DNA of 64,000 nt from Chitinophaga pinensis (GTDB lineage Bacteria > Bacteroidota > Bacteroidia > NS11-12g > UBA955): the NCBI GenBank assembly GCA_945890895.1, contig CAMDDG010000006.1, forward strand, positions 1,601 to 65,600, in the 5' to 3' direction. Both the position numbers and the translations under genes were made by a program. Numbering within the stretch: the stretch's first letter is position 1; the number at the start of each line of letters is the position of its first letter. Positions 50,156 to 60,271 of the stretch are shown piece by piece. The notes beneath the pieces were generated by a model. That model saw only the letters and a program-made list of their open reading frames with translations. It was not told the origin of the DNA and searched no databases.

Positions 50156-51365
50156 AAATCAATTATTTGCAAAATTTCAAAGTGTAACAAAAAAATCTCT
50201 GCTTGTTGGATTTGCTCTTTTTGTTGGAATTCAACTTCAGGCAAACAAGGTAGTGTCTGCCGAGCATGCTATTGAAGCACATGAAGTAAATGCACATGCA
50301 AACGAGGAGCATGAAAATGCTCACCAACAGGATCATGGAACAATAACACCGGATCAAGTAAATGCACATGCTGAGTCAGAGCAAAACAATGCTCATGGAA
50401 AAGCACAAGCTCACGAGAAAGAAGGTTTCGATGCGGGTAAAATGATTTTTGAGCACATCGGCGATGCACACGATTGGCATCTGTGGGGAGAAGGTGAACA
50501 TGCGGTATCTATACCATTGCCTGTAATACTATACACAGAATCGGGTGGATTGACAGTATTCTCATCTTCAAATTTCCATCACGGTCATGCCGCTTACAAT
50601 GGGTTTGTGTTGCATGAAGGTAAAGTTACTTGGGAAGATGCGAATAAAACGGAGTCTATTTATGATTTTTCAATAACCAAAAACGTTTTGGCAATGTTGA
50701 TAGCCACCCTAGTTTTGTTGTTAATCGTAATTTCAATGGCCAAGCACTATACCTCCAATCAAGGGAAGGCGCCAAAAGGATTCTACAACTTAGTTGAGCC
50801 ATTGATTTTGTTTTTAAGGGACGACATTGCTAAACCTTCTATTGGACACAAAGCAGATAAGTTTATGCCTTTGTTATTGTCCATATTTTTCTTTATTTTC
50901 ATCAATAACATATTTGGTTTAATTCCCATTTTTCCAGGTGGAGCGAATGTTACTGGAAATATCGCTATAACATTAGTATTGGCATTAGTTGTGTTTGTTA
51001 CCGTTACAATAAACGGAAACAAGTACTATTGGAAACATATCTTTATGCCTGATGTACCTGGTTTTATGTACATCATTATTATTCCGATTGAAATATTGGG
51101 TGTAATATTAAAGCCATTCGTATTGATGTTACGTCTATTTGCAAACATCACAGCAGGACACATCATCATTTTAGGATTCTTTTCTTTGATTTTCATTTTT
51201 GGAGCAATGAGTCCAGGATTGGGTTATTTGGTGAGTCCTTTAAGTGTTGCGTTCACCGTATTTATGAGTATGTTGGAAATGTTAGTGGCCTTTTTACAAG
51301 CATTTGTATTCACATTGTTGAGTGCAATTTACATTGGAATGGCTGTTGAAGAACATCATCATTAA
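50148..51365 (+). CDS. atpB: ATP synthase F0 subunit a with His-rich N-terminal extension
   Basis: HIGDAHDWH, DFSITKNV, LMLRLFANITAGH, LQAFVFTLLS. Confidence 0.96.
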   Translation: MPENQLFAKFQSVTKKSLLVGFALFVGIQLQANKVVSAEHAIEAHEVNAHANEEHENAHQQDHGTITPDQVNAHAESEQNNAHGKAQAHEKEGFDAGKMIFEHIGDAHDWHLWGEGEHAVSIPLPVILYTESGGLTVFSSSNFHHGHAAYNGFVLHEGKVTWEDANKTESIYDFSITKNVLAMLIATLVLLLIVISMAKHYTSNQGKAPKGFYNLVEPLILFLRDDIAKPSIGHKADKFMPLLLSIFFFIFINNIFGLIPIFPGGANVTGNIAITLVLALVVFVTVTINGNKYYWKHIFMPDVPGFMYIIIIPIEILGVILKPFVLMLRLFANITAGHIIILGFFSLIFIFGAMSPGLGYLVSPLSVAFTVFMSMLEMLVAFLQAFVFTLLSAIYIGMAVEEHHH

Positions 51366-51463
51366 TTTTTTGAATTACAACGAATAAAGATTGTAAGTTT
51401 GCAGTAGAATAAAAAGAAACCAAACGATGCAGTAAAATTTTAGAATTGCATTGTTGAAATTAA

Positions 51464-51760
<297 letters not shown>

Positions 51761-51768
51761 AAAAAATC

Positions 51769-51793
51769 CGGGGACTGTGAACAACGGTCCCCG
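51769..51793 (+). terminator. GC-rich hairpin between atpE and atpF
   Basis: CGGGGACTGT-GAACA-ACGGTCCCCG followed by TTAATTTTT. Confidence 0.65.
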
Positions 51794-51809
51794 TTAATTT
51801 TTTAAAAAA

Positions 51810-52313
51810 ATGCAATTAGTTACACCTGCTATAGGATTGGTATTTTGGATGTTGGTGACGTTTGTCATCGTACTTACCATATTGAAGAAATTTGCATGGA
51901 AGCCCATTTTGTCTTCCATCAAAGAGCGTGAAGATACAATTTCAAATGCTCTTAATCAAGCGGAACAAGCTAAAAACGAAATGGCACGTTTGCACGGTGA
52001 AAATGAGCAATTATTGGCTCAAGCAAGATCTGAGCGCGATGCTATGATGAAAGAAGCCCGTGAGATGAAAGAGAAAATTGTAGGCGACGCAAAAACTACG
52101 GCTGAAGAAGAAGCTAAGAAATTGATTGCACGTGCAAACGACGAAATCAATAAGCAAAAGCTAGCAGCTATGGATGAGTTAAAGAAAGAAATTGCTCATT
52201 TTTCAGTTCAAATCGCTGAGAAATTGGTTGCTGATAAATTAGAAAACAGCGAAGCTCAGCAGAAGTTGATCGCAACGTATTTGTCGGACTTAAACAACAA
52301 AGCACAAGCTTAA
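51810..52313 (+). CDS. atpF: ATP synthase F0 subunit b
   Basis: PAIGLVFW..LKKFAWKPIL, long charged helix. Confidence 0.96.
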   Translation: MQLVTPAIGLVFWMLVTFVIVLTILKKFAWKPILSSIKEREDTISNALNQAEQAKNEMARLHGENEQLLAQARSERDAMMKEAREMKEKIVGDAKTTAEEEAKKLIARANDEINKQKLAAMDELKKEIAHFSVQIAEKLVADKLENSEAQQKLIATYLSDLNNKAQA

Positions 52314-52317
52314 TATT

Positions 52318-52857
52318 ATGTCTGAACAAAGAGTTGCCTCACGTTATGCCAAAGCACTTTTCGATAAAGCTGTAGAGGATAACGCTTTAGAAGCGGTTAA
52401 AAATGACATGCTTCACCTGATGGAGTTGTCTCAAGAAAGTCGAGATTTCGTTTTGTTCTTAGAAAGTCCTTTGTATAAAATGGCTGTTAAGAAAAACGCA
52501 ATTGAGAAGTTAACTGCATCGTATCATCCGTTAAGCAAAGGTTTGTTTAATTTGATGATTGATAAATTCAGAGAGGCATATATTCCAGCCGTTGGAAATT
52601 TGTTCATTCAGATGTACAACAGAAAATTCCAAATTATGGATGTTTTCGTTACTTCGGCGGTGGAATTATCGAAGGAAACACTGAGCAACATCGAAAAGTA
52701 TGTTGTTGAGCAGACCCAGGCGAAGAGTGTGGTTTTAAACACACAAATAAATAGCCGTGTTATTGGAGGATTGACCATTGAATTCGATGGTAAAATCTAT
52801 GATAGCACTGTAGTAAATCAGTTAAATAAAATTAAAAAAGAACTTCAAATCGCATAA
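52318..52857 (+). CDS. atpH: ATP synthase F1 subunit delta
   Basis: [19 protein letters not shown]...YDST. Confidence 0.95.
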   Translation: MSEQRVASRYAKALFDKAVEDNALEAVKNDMLHLMELSQESRDFVLFLESPLYKMAVKKNAIEKLTASYHPLSKGLFNLMIDKFREAYIPAVGNLFIQMYNRKFQIMDVFVTSAVELSKETLSNIEKYVVEQTQAKSVVLNTQINSRVIGGLTIEFDGKIYDSTVVNQLNKIKKELQIA

Positions 52858-52862
52858 AAATT

Positions 52863-54443
52863 ATGTCACAAATCAGGCCAGACGAAGTATCCAGCATTTT
52901 GAAAGACCAAATTTCTGGTTTTAGTAATGCTGCGAGTTTAGAAGAGGTAGGTACTGTACTTCAAGTTGGAGACGGTATCGCTCGTATTTACGGACTTTTC
53001 GGAGTTCAAAGTGGTGAGCTCGTTGAGTTCGAAAATGGTGTACGCGCCGTTGTACTTAACCTTGAAGAAGATAACGTGGGTGCGGTATTGATGGGAAGTA
53101 GCTCTGAAATCAAAGAAGGTGATAAGGTAAAACGTACCAATAAAATTGCTAGTATCAATGTAGGACATGGCATGTTAGGTCGTGTTGTAAATGCATTGGG
53201 AGAGCCTATCGATGGTAAGGGTCCAATTTCTGGTGATGTTTACGAAATGCCTTTGGAGCGTAAAGCACCGGGTGTATTGTTTCGTGAACCTGTAACTGAA
53301 CCGTTGCAAACAGGTATCAAAGCGATTGATGCTATGATTCCAATTGGTCGTGGACAACGTGAGTTAATCATTGGTGACCGTCAGACAGGGAAGACAGCAA
53401 TTGCATTAGATACCATTATCAATCAAAAAGAATTTTTTGAACAAGGTAAACCTGTATATTGTATTTATGTTGCTTGTGGTCAGAAAGAATCAACTGTTAA
53501 ACAAGTTGTAAAATCATTGGAAGAGAATGGCGCTATGGCATACACAGTAGTAGTTTCTGCTCCTGCTTCAGCTCCTGCTCCTTTGCAATTCTTTGCTCCA
53601 ATGTCAGGTTGTGCAATTGGTGAATATTTCCGCGATTTAGGTTTACCAGCATTGGTTGTTTACGACGATTTGTCTAAACAAGCAGTTGCTTATCGTGAAG
53701 TATCATTGTTGTTACGTCGTCCTCCAGGGCGTGAAGCATATCCTGGTGACGTATTCTATTTGCATAGTCGTATTCTTGAGAGAGCTTGTAAATTGAACTC
53801 AAACGATGAAATCACTTCCAAAATGAACGATTTGCCACCGTCATTGGCTGGCAAAGTTAAAGGTGGTGGATCGTTAACTGCATTACCAATCATCGAAACA
53901 CAAGCGGGTGACGTATCTGCATACATTCCAACCAACGTAATTTCGATTACAGATGGTCAGATTTTCTTGGAATCTAACTTGTTTAACTCAGGTGTTCGTC
54001 CAGCAATTAACGTGGGTATCTCCGTTAGTCGTGTGGGTGGTAACGCTCAAATCAAGTCAATGAAGAAAGTTGCTGGTACATTGAAATTGGATCAAGCGCA
54101 GTACAGAGAGTTGGAAGCGTTTGCAAAGTTCGGTTCTGATTTAGATGCTGCAACTAAGAATGTATTGGATAAAGGTGCTCGTAACGTAGAATTGTTGAAA
54201 CAAGCCCAATTCAGTCCTCAAACAGTTGAGAATCAAATCGCTATGATTTACTTGGGAACTAAGAATTTATTGCGTTCTATTCCTGTAAATAAAGTACGCG
54301 AATTTGAAGTAGCTTTTGTTGATTACATGAATGCAAAACATAAAGATGTATTGAATCAATTGAAAGCTGGTAAAATTGACGATTCTGTTACTTCTGTTAT
54401 AGAATCAGTTGGTGCTGAAATTGCTAAGAATTACGCTGCATAA
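52863..54443 (+). CDS. atpA: ATP synthase F1 subunit alpha
   Basis: [39 protein letters not shown]. Confidence 0.99.
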   Translation: MSQIRPDEVSSILKDQISGFSNAASLEEVGTVLQVGDGIARIYGLFGVQSGELVEFENGVRAVVLNLEEDNVGAVLMGSSSEIKEGDKVKRTNKIASINVGHGMLGRVVNALGEPIDGKGPISGDVYEMPLERKAPGVLFREPVTEPLQTGIKAIDAMIPIGRGQRELIIGDRQTGKTAIALDTIINQKEFFEQGKPVYCIYVACGQKESTVKQVVKSLEENGAMAYTVVVSAPASAPAPLQFFAPMSGCAIGEYFRDLGLPALVVYDDLSKQAVAYREVSLLLRRPPGREAYPGDVFYLHSRILERACKLNSNDEITSKMNDLPPSLAGKVKGGGSLTALPIIETQAGDVSAYIPTNVISITDGQIFLESNLFNSGVRPAINVGISVSRVGGNAQIKSMKKVAGTLKLDQAQYRELEAFAKFGSDLDAATKNVLDKGARNVELLKQAQFSPQTVENQIAMIYLGTKNLLRSIPVNKVREFEVAFVDYMNAKHKDVLNQLKAGKIDDSVTSVIESVGAEIAKNYAA

Positions 54444-54451
54444 AATAAACC

Positions 54452-55327
54452 ATGTCAAATCAAAAGGAAATCCGGGCTCGAATTTCATCGACCATCAGTA
54501 CACAGCAAATCACCAAAGCTATGAAATTGGTGAGTGCTACAAAATTGCGTAAGGCAACTGAAGCTATCATTCGCATGCGTCCGTATGCAATGAAACTTCA
54601 AGGCATTATGTCAAATTTACAAGATAGTGCAGATGACGAGCGTTTAGCGGTTTACTTTAACTCCAGAGATCTAAAGAAAGTAGCTTTAGTGGTTATTACT
54701 TCGGATCGCGGTTTGTGTGGGGCATTTAATTCAAACGTGGTTAAAAGAACTCGAGCTCTTCTTGAAAATGATTATAGTTCCTTGGTACAATCAGGAAATG
54801 TTGACATCATTTGTATTGGAAAGAAAGGGGCAGAAACTTTAAAACGTTTAGGTTACAATGTAAATACATCTTACCAAGGTTTGTTGTTAGATTTGAATGC
54901 TCAAAATGCATTTGATTTTGCTGAAACTTTAATCCAACGTTTCCGTTCAAATGAAATTGATAAAGTAGAGGTTATTTACAATCAATTTAAAAATGCAGCA
55001 ACTCAAATTCTAACCAACGATACTTTATTGCCAATTGCTGGTGCAAAACAAGTGGATTCTCAGAATCATGAGTTCTTGTTTGAACCAAGTAAAGTTGAAA
55101 TTTTGGAAGATTTGATTCCTCGTAGTTTGAAGACTCAATTGTACCGTTCGATTTTGGATTCTTTAGCTTCTGAACATGGAGCAAGAATGGTAGCAATGGA
55201 CAAAGCAACTGATAACGCTGGAGAATTGTTAAGCGCGCTTAAATTGGCGTATAACCAAGCACGTCAGGCTGCGATTACTCGTGAAATTTCTGAGATCGTA
55301 GGTGGTGTTGCCGCATTAGAAGGTTAA
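54452..55327 (+). CDS. atpG: ATP synthase F1 subunit gamma
   Basis: QITKAMKLVS, TSDRGLCGAFN, ARMVAMDKATDNA, RQAAITREISEIVGG. Confidence 0.98.
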   Translation: MSNQKEIRARISSTISTQQITKAMKLVSATKLRKATEAIIRMRPYAMKLQGIMSNLQDSADDERLAVYFNSRDLKKVALVVITSDRGLCGAFNSNVVKRTRALLENDYSSLVQSGNVDIICIGKKGAETLKRLGYNVNTSYQGLLLDLNAQNAFDFAETLIQRFRSNEIDKVEVIYNQFKNAATQILTNDTLLPIAGAKQVDSQNHEFLFEPSKVEILEDLIPRSLKTQLYRSILDSLASEHGARMVAMDKATDNAGELLSALKLAYNQARQAAITREISEIVGGVAALEG

Positions 55328-55350
55328 TTCTTTTACTAATAACTAGTATA

Positions 55351-55392
55351 AATAATAAAAAAAGAGGCTCAAGAGCCTCTTTTTTTATTATT
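55351..55392. terminator. bidirectional rho-independent terminator after atpG
   Basis: AATAATAAAAAAAGAGGCTC-AA-GAGCCTCTTTTTTTATTATT. Confidence 0.9.
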
Positions 55393-55404
55393 TATTGTTA
55401 AAAT

Positions 55405-55580
55405 ATGACTATTGAATATTTCTTCTAATTGCAATTATGAAATTTCTATTCAAATGGTAATCAGAAAGTTCCTGAACATATGATGACTATTGAATATTTC
55501 TTCTAATTGCAATTATGAAATTTCTATTCAAATGGTAATCTGAAAGTTCCTGTGCATTTGATGACTATTGAATTTCTCTT
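55405..55580. repeat. 78-bp tandem repeat (two near-identical units plus start of a third)
   Basis: Units begin ATGACTATTGAAT at 55405, 55483, 55561; the two full units contain the palindrome TAATTGCAATTA. Confidence 0.92.
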
Positions 55581-55721
55581 CCAACTTTACCCATTATACT
55601 CTGTTGTTAGACAACAAACTTGTGAATTTTTCCAAATAAATACATACAAATTGGTCCGTGGCCATAAATTATTTATTTGGCACATAAATAAAATTGAAAA
55701 TCGAACTTTAAATCACAAAAG

Positions 55722-57956
55722 TTATTCTACGGTTTCATCAATTCGCGAAACTTCAATGTATTTGTGCGTAGATTTAATTTTGTGAACCAACAAATCCAAA
55801 TCATGGGAAGTGTTTACCATAACTTCAATAATTCCCCCAAATGTGCCATCGTCATTCGCTCTAATATTGATGCTTTTCATATTTACCTCCATGTCTTTAG
55901 AGATGATATCTGCAATTTTACTCACGATACCTACATCGTCAATTCCACGAACCGATAATTTTACATCGAATGCATTCTTGTATTGAGTTTGCCAGCTCGC
56001 TGGAATAATCCGATATCCATATTGACTCATTAATTTGGATGCATTAGGACAAGTGGTTCGATGGATTTTAACTCCGTCACTAACAGTTACAAATCCAAAA
56101 ATGGGTTCACCGGGCAAAGGATTACAGCATTTTGCCAAAGAATAGGGTAGTTCATAATCTTCACCGAATACTATCTGTCCTGCAGATTTTTTCTTTTCTT
56201 TGATTTCAATTTCTTTAGTTTCAGAAATTGGAGTTTTTTTGGCAAGAATATCTAACAACAAATCCTTGGTCATACGAATTTTACCCAGAGCTACGGCATT
56301 GAAAAATTCATTGGGTGAACTGTATTTATAGAATTTAGTAATGGTTTTTATGGAATTATCGGTGAAATTTAAACCGTGTTTTTGGAATAAACGAGCCATG
56401 ATATTTCTGCCCTGTCCGGATAATTTAGTCTTTTCATCCTTTAAAAATTCACGAATTTTCGATTTAGCTCTCGCGGTTTTAACCATTTCGAGCCAGCTTT
56501 CTGTAGCTCTTGGTTTTTGAGTAGTTAAAACTTCTACAATGTCTCCATTTTTCAATGAGTAACTGATAGGCACGAGTTTACCATTTACCTTAGCCCCAAT
56601 GGTTTTAAGTCCTACTTCGGTATGAATATTAAAACCAAAATCCAACGCCACCGAACCTATCGGCAATGCTTTCACGTCTCCTTTTGGAGTAAAAACATAT
56701 ATATCTTCACCGAGTAATGTGCTCTTAAATTCATTAACAAGATCTAATGCGGATAAATCATTATTTTCTAAGGTTTCCTTAACTGAATTCAACCAATTAT
56801 CGAAAGCATCATCTTGCTGCGAGTGCTTATTTGATTTTCCAGAAGGATTTTCTGCTTTATATCTCCAATGCGCGGCTAAACCTCTTTCCGCAATATCATC
56901 CATTCGCTTAGAACGAATTTGAACTTCGACCCAACGTCCTTTAGGGCCTAAAACAGTAGTGTGTAAAGCAGAGTAACCATTGTTTTTAGGTCTACTTAAC
57001 CAATCCCGTAATCTTCCTTCATGCGGTCTGTATTGGTCCGTAACAATGCTATAAACCCGCCAACAATCAATTTTTTCTCTATGAATTGGAGCGTTTACAA
57101 TAACTCGAATGGCGAATGCATCGTAAACTTCTTCAAAAGGAATGCCTTGTTTTTGCATTTTACGATGAATCGAATAAATGCTTTTGGGTCTACCTTTAAT
57201 TTCCGAAATATCCACACCCGAGGATTCTAATTCGGCTTTCAGCGGTTCAATGAACTCACGAATGTATCTTTGTCGGGATTGCTTTGATTCTGCAATTTTT
57301 GCGGAAATATCACGGTAAGTCTGAGGCTCTGTGAATTTCAACGACAAATCCTCCATTTCTGTTTTTATGGCATTCAAACCCAATCGATGTGCCAATGGAG
57401 CATAAATATAAAGCGTTTCAGATGCAATTTTCAGCTTTGTTTTATCTGGAACGGATCCTAAAGTGCGCATATTGTGCAAACGATCACACAGTTTGATTAG
57501 AATTACGCGTAAATCTTCCCCCAAAGTAAGAAGCATTTTCTTGAAATTCTCTGCCTGTAGACTGGAGTCTTTGTCTACCGTTTCAAATACTACGGAAATT
57601 TTGGTTAATCCATTGATAATTTCGGAGACTTTGGATCCAAACTTTCGTTCGATATCATCTAAGGTAATATCGGTATCCTCAACTACATCATGAAGTAGTG
57701 CACTAATAACAGAAGTAGTGCCTAACCCCAATTCGCCGGCTGCAATTTGTGCAACGGCCAAAGGATGAAAAATATAGGGTTCACCACTTTTTCTGAAGGT
57801 TCCTTCATGGGCCCGGGCAGCATAATCAAATGCCTCCCGGACTTTTTTAATTTTATCTTTGGTGACTTTATCGCCTAAGGTTCGCAATAATTGGCGATAA
57901 CGATTCAGCAACTCGTGCCGATAGGCTTCGTAAACTTCACCATCGAGCAATGCCAT
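55722..57956 (-). CDS. bifunctional (p)ppGpp synthetase/hydrolase, RelA/SpoT homolog
   Basis: RKSGEPY, LLHDVVED (HD), DRLHNMRT, PKNNGYSALHT, EVQIR, TGS, CC.P.PG zinc finger, ACT. Confidence 0.96.
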   Translation of the reverse strand: MALLDGEVYEAYRHELLNRYRQLLRTLGDKVTKDKIKKVREAFDYAARAHEGTFRKSGEPYIFHPLAVAQIAAGELGLGTTSVISALLHDVVEDTDITLDDIERKFGSKVSEIINGLTKISVVFETVDKDSSLQAENFKKMLLTLGEDLRVILIKLCDRLHNMRTLGSVPDKTKLKIASETLYIYAPLAHRLGLNAIKTEMEDLSLKFTEPQTYRDISAKIAESKQSRQRYIREFIEPLKAELESSGVDISEIKGRPKSIYSIHRKMQKQGIPFEEVYDAFAIRVIVNAPIHREKIDCWRVYSIVTDQYRPHEGRLRDWLSRPKNNGYSALHTTVLGPKGRWVEVQIRSKRMDDIAERGLAAHWRYKAENPSGKSNKHSQQDDAFDNWLNSVKETLENNDLSALDLVNEFKSTLLGEDIYVFTPKGDVKALPIGSVALDFGFNIHTEVGLKTIGAKVNGKLVPISYSLKNGDIVEVLTTQKPRATESWLEMVKTARAKSKIREFLKDEKTKLSGQGRNIMARLFQKHGLNFTDNSIKTITKFYKYSSPNEFFNAVALGKIRMTKDLLLDILAKKTPISETKEIEIKEKKKSAGQIVFGEDYELPYSLAKCCNPLPGEPIFGFVTVSDGVKIHRTTCPNASKLMSQYGYRIIPASWQTQYKNAFDVKLSVRGIDDVGIVSKIADIISKDMEVNMKSINIRANDDGTFGGIIEVMVNTSHDLDLLVHKIKSTHKYIEVSRIDETVE

Positions 57957-57959
57957 AAA

Positions 57960-59327
57960 TTACTTGTTTAGTTCAGCAAAATGATGGAAGAAGCGAGGAA
58001 TTGTTTCAATACCTTTGAAGTAATTAAATACTCCGTAATGTTCATTCGGACTGTGAATTGCATCTGTATCCAATCCGAATCCCATTAAAACAGTTTTGGT
58101 TTGAAGTTCTTTTTCAAACAATGCTACAATGGGTATACTTCCACCGCCTCGAGTAGCAATCGGTTCAACGCCAAAAGTATCTAACATGGCTAATGAAGCT
58201 GCTTTAAACGGTACGCTATTGGTTGGTGTTAGTACGGGTTCTCCACCGTGATGTGGGCTCACCTTTACTTTTACAGAAGCAGGAGCGATACTTTCGAAGT
58301 GCTTTTGGAATAATTCAGTGATTTTATCAGAACTTTGATTGGGAACCAAACGCATGGAAATTTTGGCAAATGCTTTACTTGGCAATACCGTTTTAGCACC
58401 CTCACCAATATATCCACCCCAAATTCCATTTACATCAAGTGTTGGACGAATACCTGTTCTTTCAATGGTAGAAAAACCTTTTTCTCCAAGAACATCGTCT
58501 ATATCCAAATGCTTTTTGTATTCTTCCAAATCAAAAGGAATTCGAGCTAAAGAATCGCGGTCCTCAACTGAAACTTCCAATACATCATCGTAAAAACCGG
58601 GTATGGTAATGTGCCTGTTTTCATCGTGCAAACTAGCAATCATGGTACACAATACATTAATTGGATTGGCAACTGCTCCGCCATAAACACCGCTATGTAA
58701 ATCAATGTTGGGTCCGGTAACTTCTACTTCTACATAACTCAATCCACGTAACCCTACATCAATCGATGGGATGTCATTCGCAAGAATTCCGGTATCGGAG
58801 ATCAAAATAACATCCGCTTTTAATTTTTCTTTATTATTACGACAATAGGTACCTAAATTAGAACTTCCCACTTCCTCTTCTCCTTCAATCATAAACTTTA
58901 CATTGCAGGTTAAAGATTGAGTCTGCATCATCGTTTCAAACGCTTTCACGTGCATGAAAAACTGTCCTTTATCGTCGCATGCTCCACGAGCATAAATTTT
59001 ACCATCTTTAATCGTGGGTTCAAATGGGGGAGTATGCCACAATTCATTAGGAACAGATGGTTGTACATCATAATGTCCGTAAACCAAAACCGTTGGCAAA
59101 CTGGGATCAATAATTTTTTCACCGTAAACAATGGGATATCCTGCGGTTTCTTCAAGTACCACATTTTCAGCACCTGCTTTGGTCAAAAATTCAGCTACCG
59201 ATTCAGCACATTTGCGTACATCCCCTGCAAAAGCAGAGTCGGCACTGATACTTGGAATTCTCAATAGTTGAAATAATTCTTCTAAAAAACGCTCTCTATT
59301 TGATTCAATATAACTCAATGTAGACAT
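57960..59327 (-). CDS. M20 family dipeptidase
   Basis: YGHYDVQP, ARGACDDKGQ, EGEEE, DLHSG, GGSIP, HSPNE. Confidence 0.93.
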   Translation of the reverse strand: MSTLSYIESNRERFLEELFQLLRIPSISADSAFAGDVRKCAESVAEFLTKAGAENVVLEETAGYPIVYGEKIIDPSLPTVLVYGHYDVQPSVPNELWHTPPFEPTIKDGKIYARGACDDKGQFFMHVKAFETMMQTQSLTCNVKFMIEGEEEVGSSNLGTYCRNNKEKLKADVILISDTGILANDIPSIDVGLRGLSYVEVEVTGPNIDLHSGVYGGAVANPINVLCTMIASLHDENRHITIPGFYDDVLEVSVEDRDSLARIPFDLEEYKKHLDIDDVLGEKGFSTIERTGIRPTLDVNGIWGGYIGEGAKTVLPSKAFAKISMRLVPNQSSDKITELFQKHFESIAPASVKVKVSPHHGGEPVLTPTNSVPFKAASLAMLDTFGVEPIATRGGGSIPIVALFEKELQTKTVLMGFGLDTDAIHSPNEHYGVFNYFKGIETIPRFFHHFAELNK

Positions 59328-59462
59328 AGGTGCAATTTACGATTTTTTTATCTTATCGAGGGATAAAAACACGTAAAAATTCGAGGAATATTGAGTTATT
59401 TTGCACCTGTGAATCCAGATACTACTCAGATATCAATTGACTCTTTTAAGAGCGAAGTTTTT

Positions 59463-59585
59463 ATGTACGAAGTGATTTTCACCGTAATCATTTTTACAGC
59501 GGTTTACTTCGTGCTTAAGCAGTTTAAATCCAAAGAAAAGTCGGCTAAAGACCAGAATTCTAAATACAATTCCGACTTACAATGA
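59463..59585 (+). CDS. possible small single-TM protein (40 aa)
   Basis: MYEVIFTVIIFTAVYFVLKQFKSKEK...: hydrophobic helix plus basic tail, fills the intergenic gap. Confidence 0.4.
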   Translation: MYEVIFTVIIFTAVYFVLKQFKSKEKSAKDQNSKYNSDLQ

Positions 59586-60230
59586 GATTTCAGGAATTTC
59601 ACCTTCCACAACGAGACGCCCTTCGGTTTTTGAACGTATTTCGTCGATACTTACACCAGGAGCACGTTCTCGTAATTCGAACCCGAGTTCCGTAATTTCA
59701 AATACGCCCAATTCTGTAACTACTTTTTTAACACATCCCAATCCGGTAATGGGTAATGTGCATTTGGAAAGTAATTTGCTTTCACCCGCTTTGTTGGTGT
59801 GTTGCATGGCTACAATAATGTTTTTTGCAGAAGCTACTAAATCCATAGCTCCACCCATACCTTTCACCATTTTACCGGGGATTTTCCAATTGGCAATATC
59901 ACCATTATCACTAACTTCCATAGCTCCCAAAACGGTTAAGTCTACTTTTCCAGCACGTATCATTCCGAAGGATGTAGCGCTATCAAACACAGCTGAACCC
60001 TTGGTCATGGTAATAGTTTGTTTACCTGCATTAATTAAATCGGCATCTTCTTCTCCTTCAAACGGGAATGGACCCATTCCCAATAACCCATTTTCACTTT
60101 GTAAAACTACTTCGATTCCCTTGGGAATGTAATTCGCCACCAAAGTGGGTATTCCAATTCCTAAGTTCACGTAGTACCCGTCTTTTAATTCACGAGCTAT
60201 CACTTGGGCGATTCCGAATTTATCTAACAT
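59577..60230 (-). CDS. scoB: 3-oxoacid CoA-transferase subunit B
   Basis: YVNLGIGIPT, QSENG (catalytic Glu), DLINAGK, GMGGAMDL. Confidence 0.94.
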   Translation of the reverse strand: MLDKFGIAQVIARELKDGYYVNLGIGIPTLVANYIPKGIEVVLQSENGLLGMGPFPFEGEEDADLINAGKQTITMTKGSAVFDSATSFGMIRAGKVDLTVLGAMEVSDNGDIANWKIPGKMVKGMGGAMDLVASAKNIIVAMQHTNKAGESKLLSKCTLPITGLGCVKKVVTELGVFEITELGFELRERAPGVSIDEIRSKTEGRLVVEGEIPEISL

Positions 60231-60271
60231 CTCTACAAATTTGAGGAAAAAAATCTAAAATCGAAATATTC

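Noticed and set aside
55405-55580. Possible CRISPR array
   Set aside because: Whole 78-bp units are repeated with no variable spacers, and no cas genes are present.
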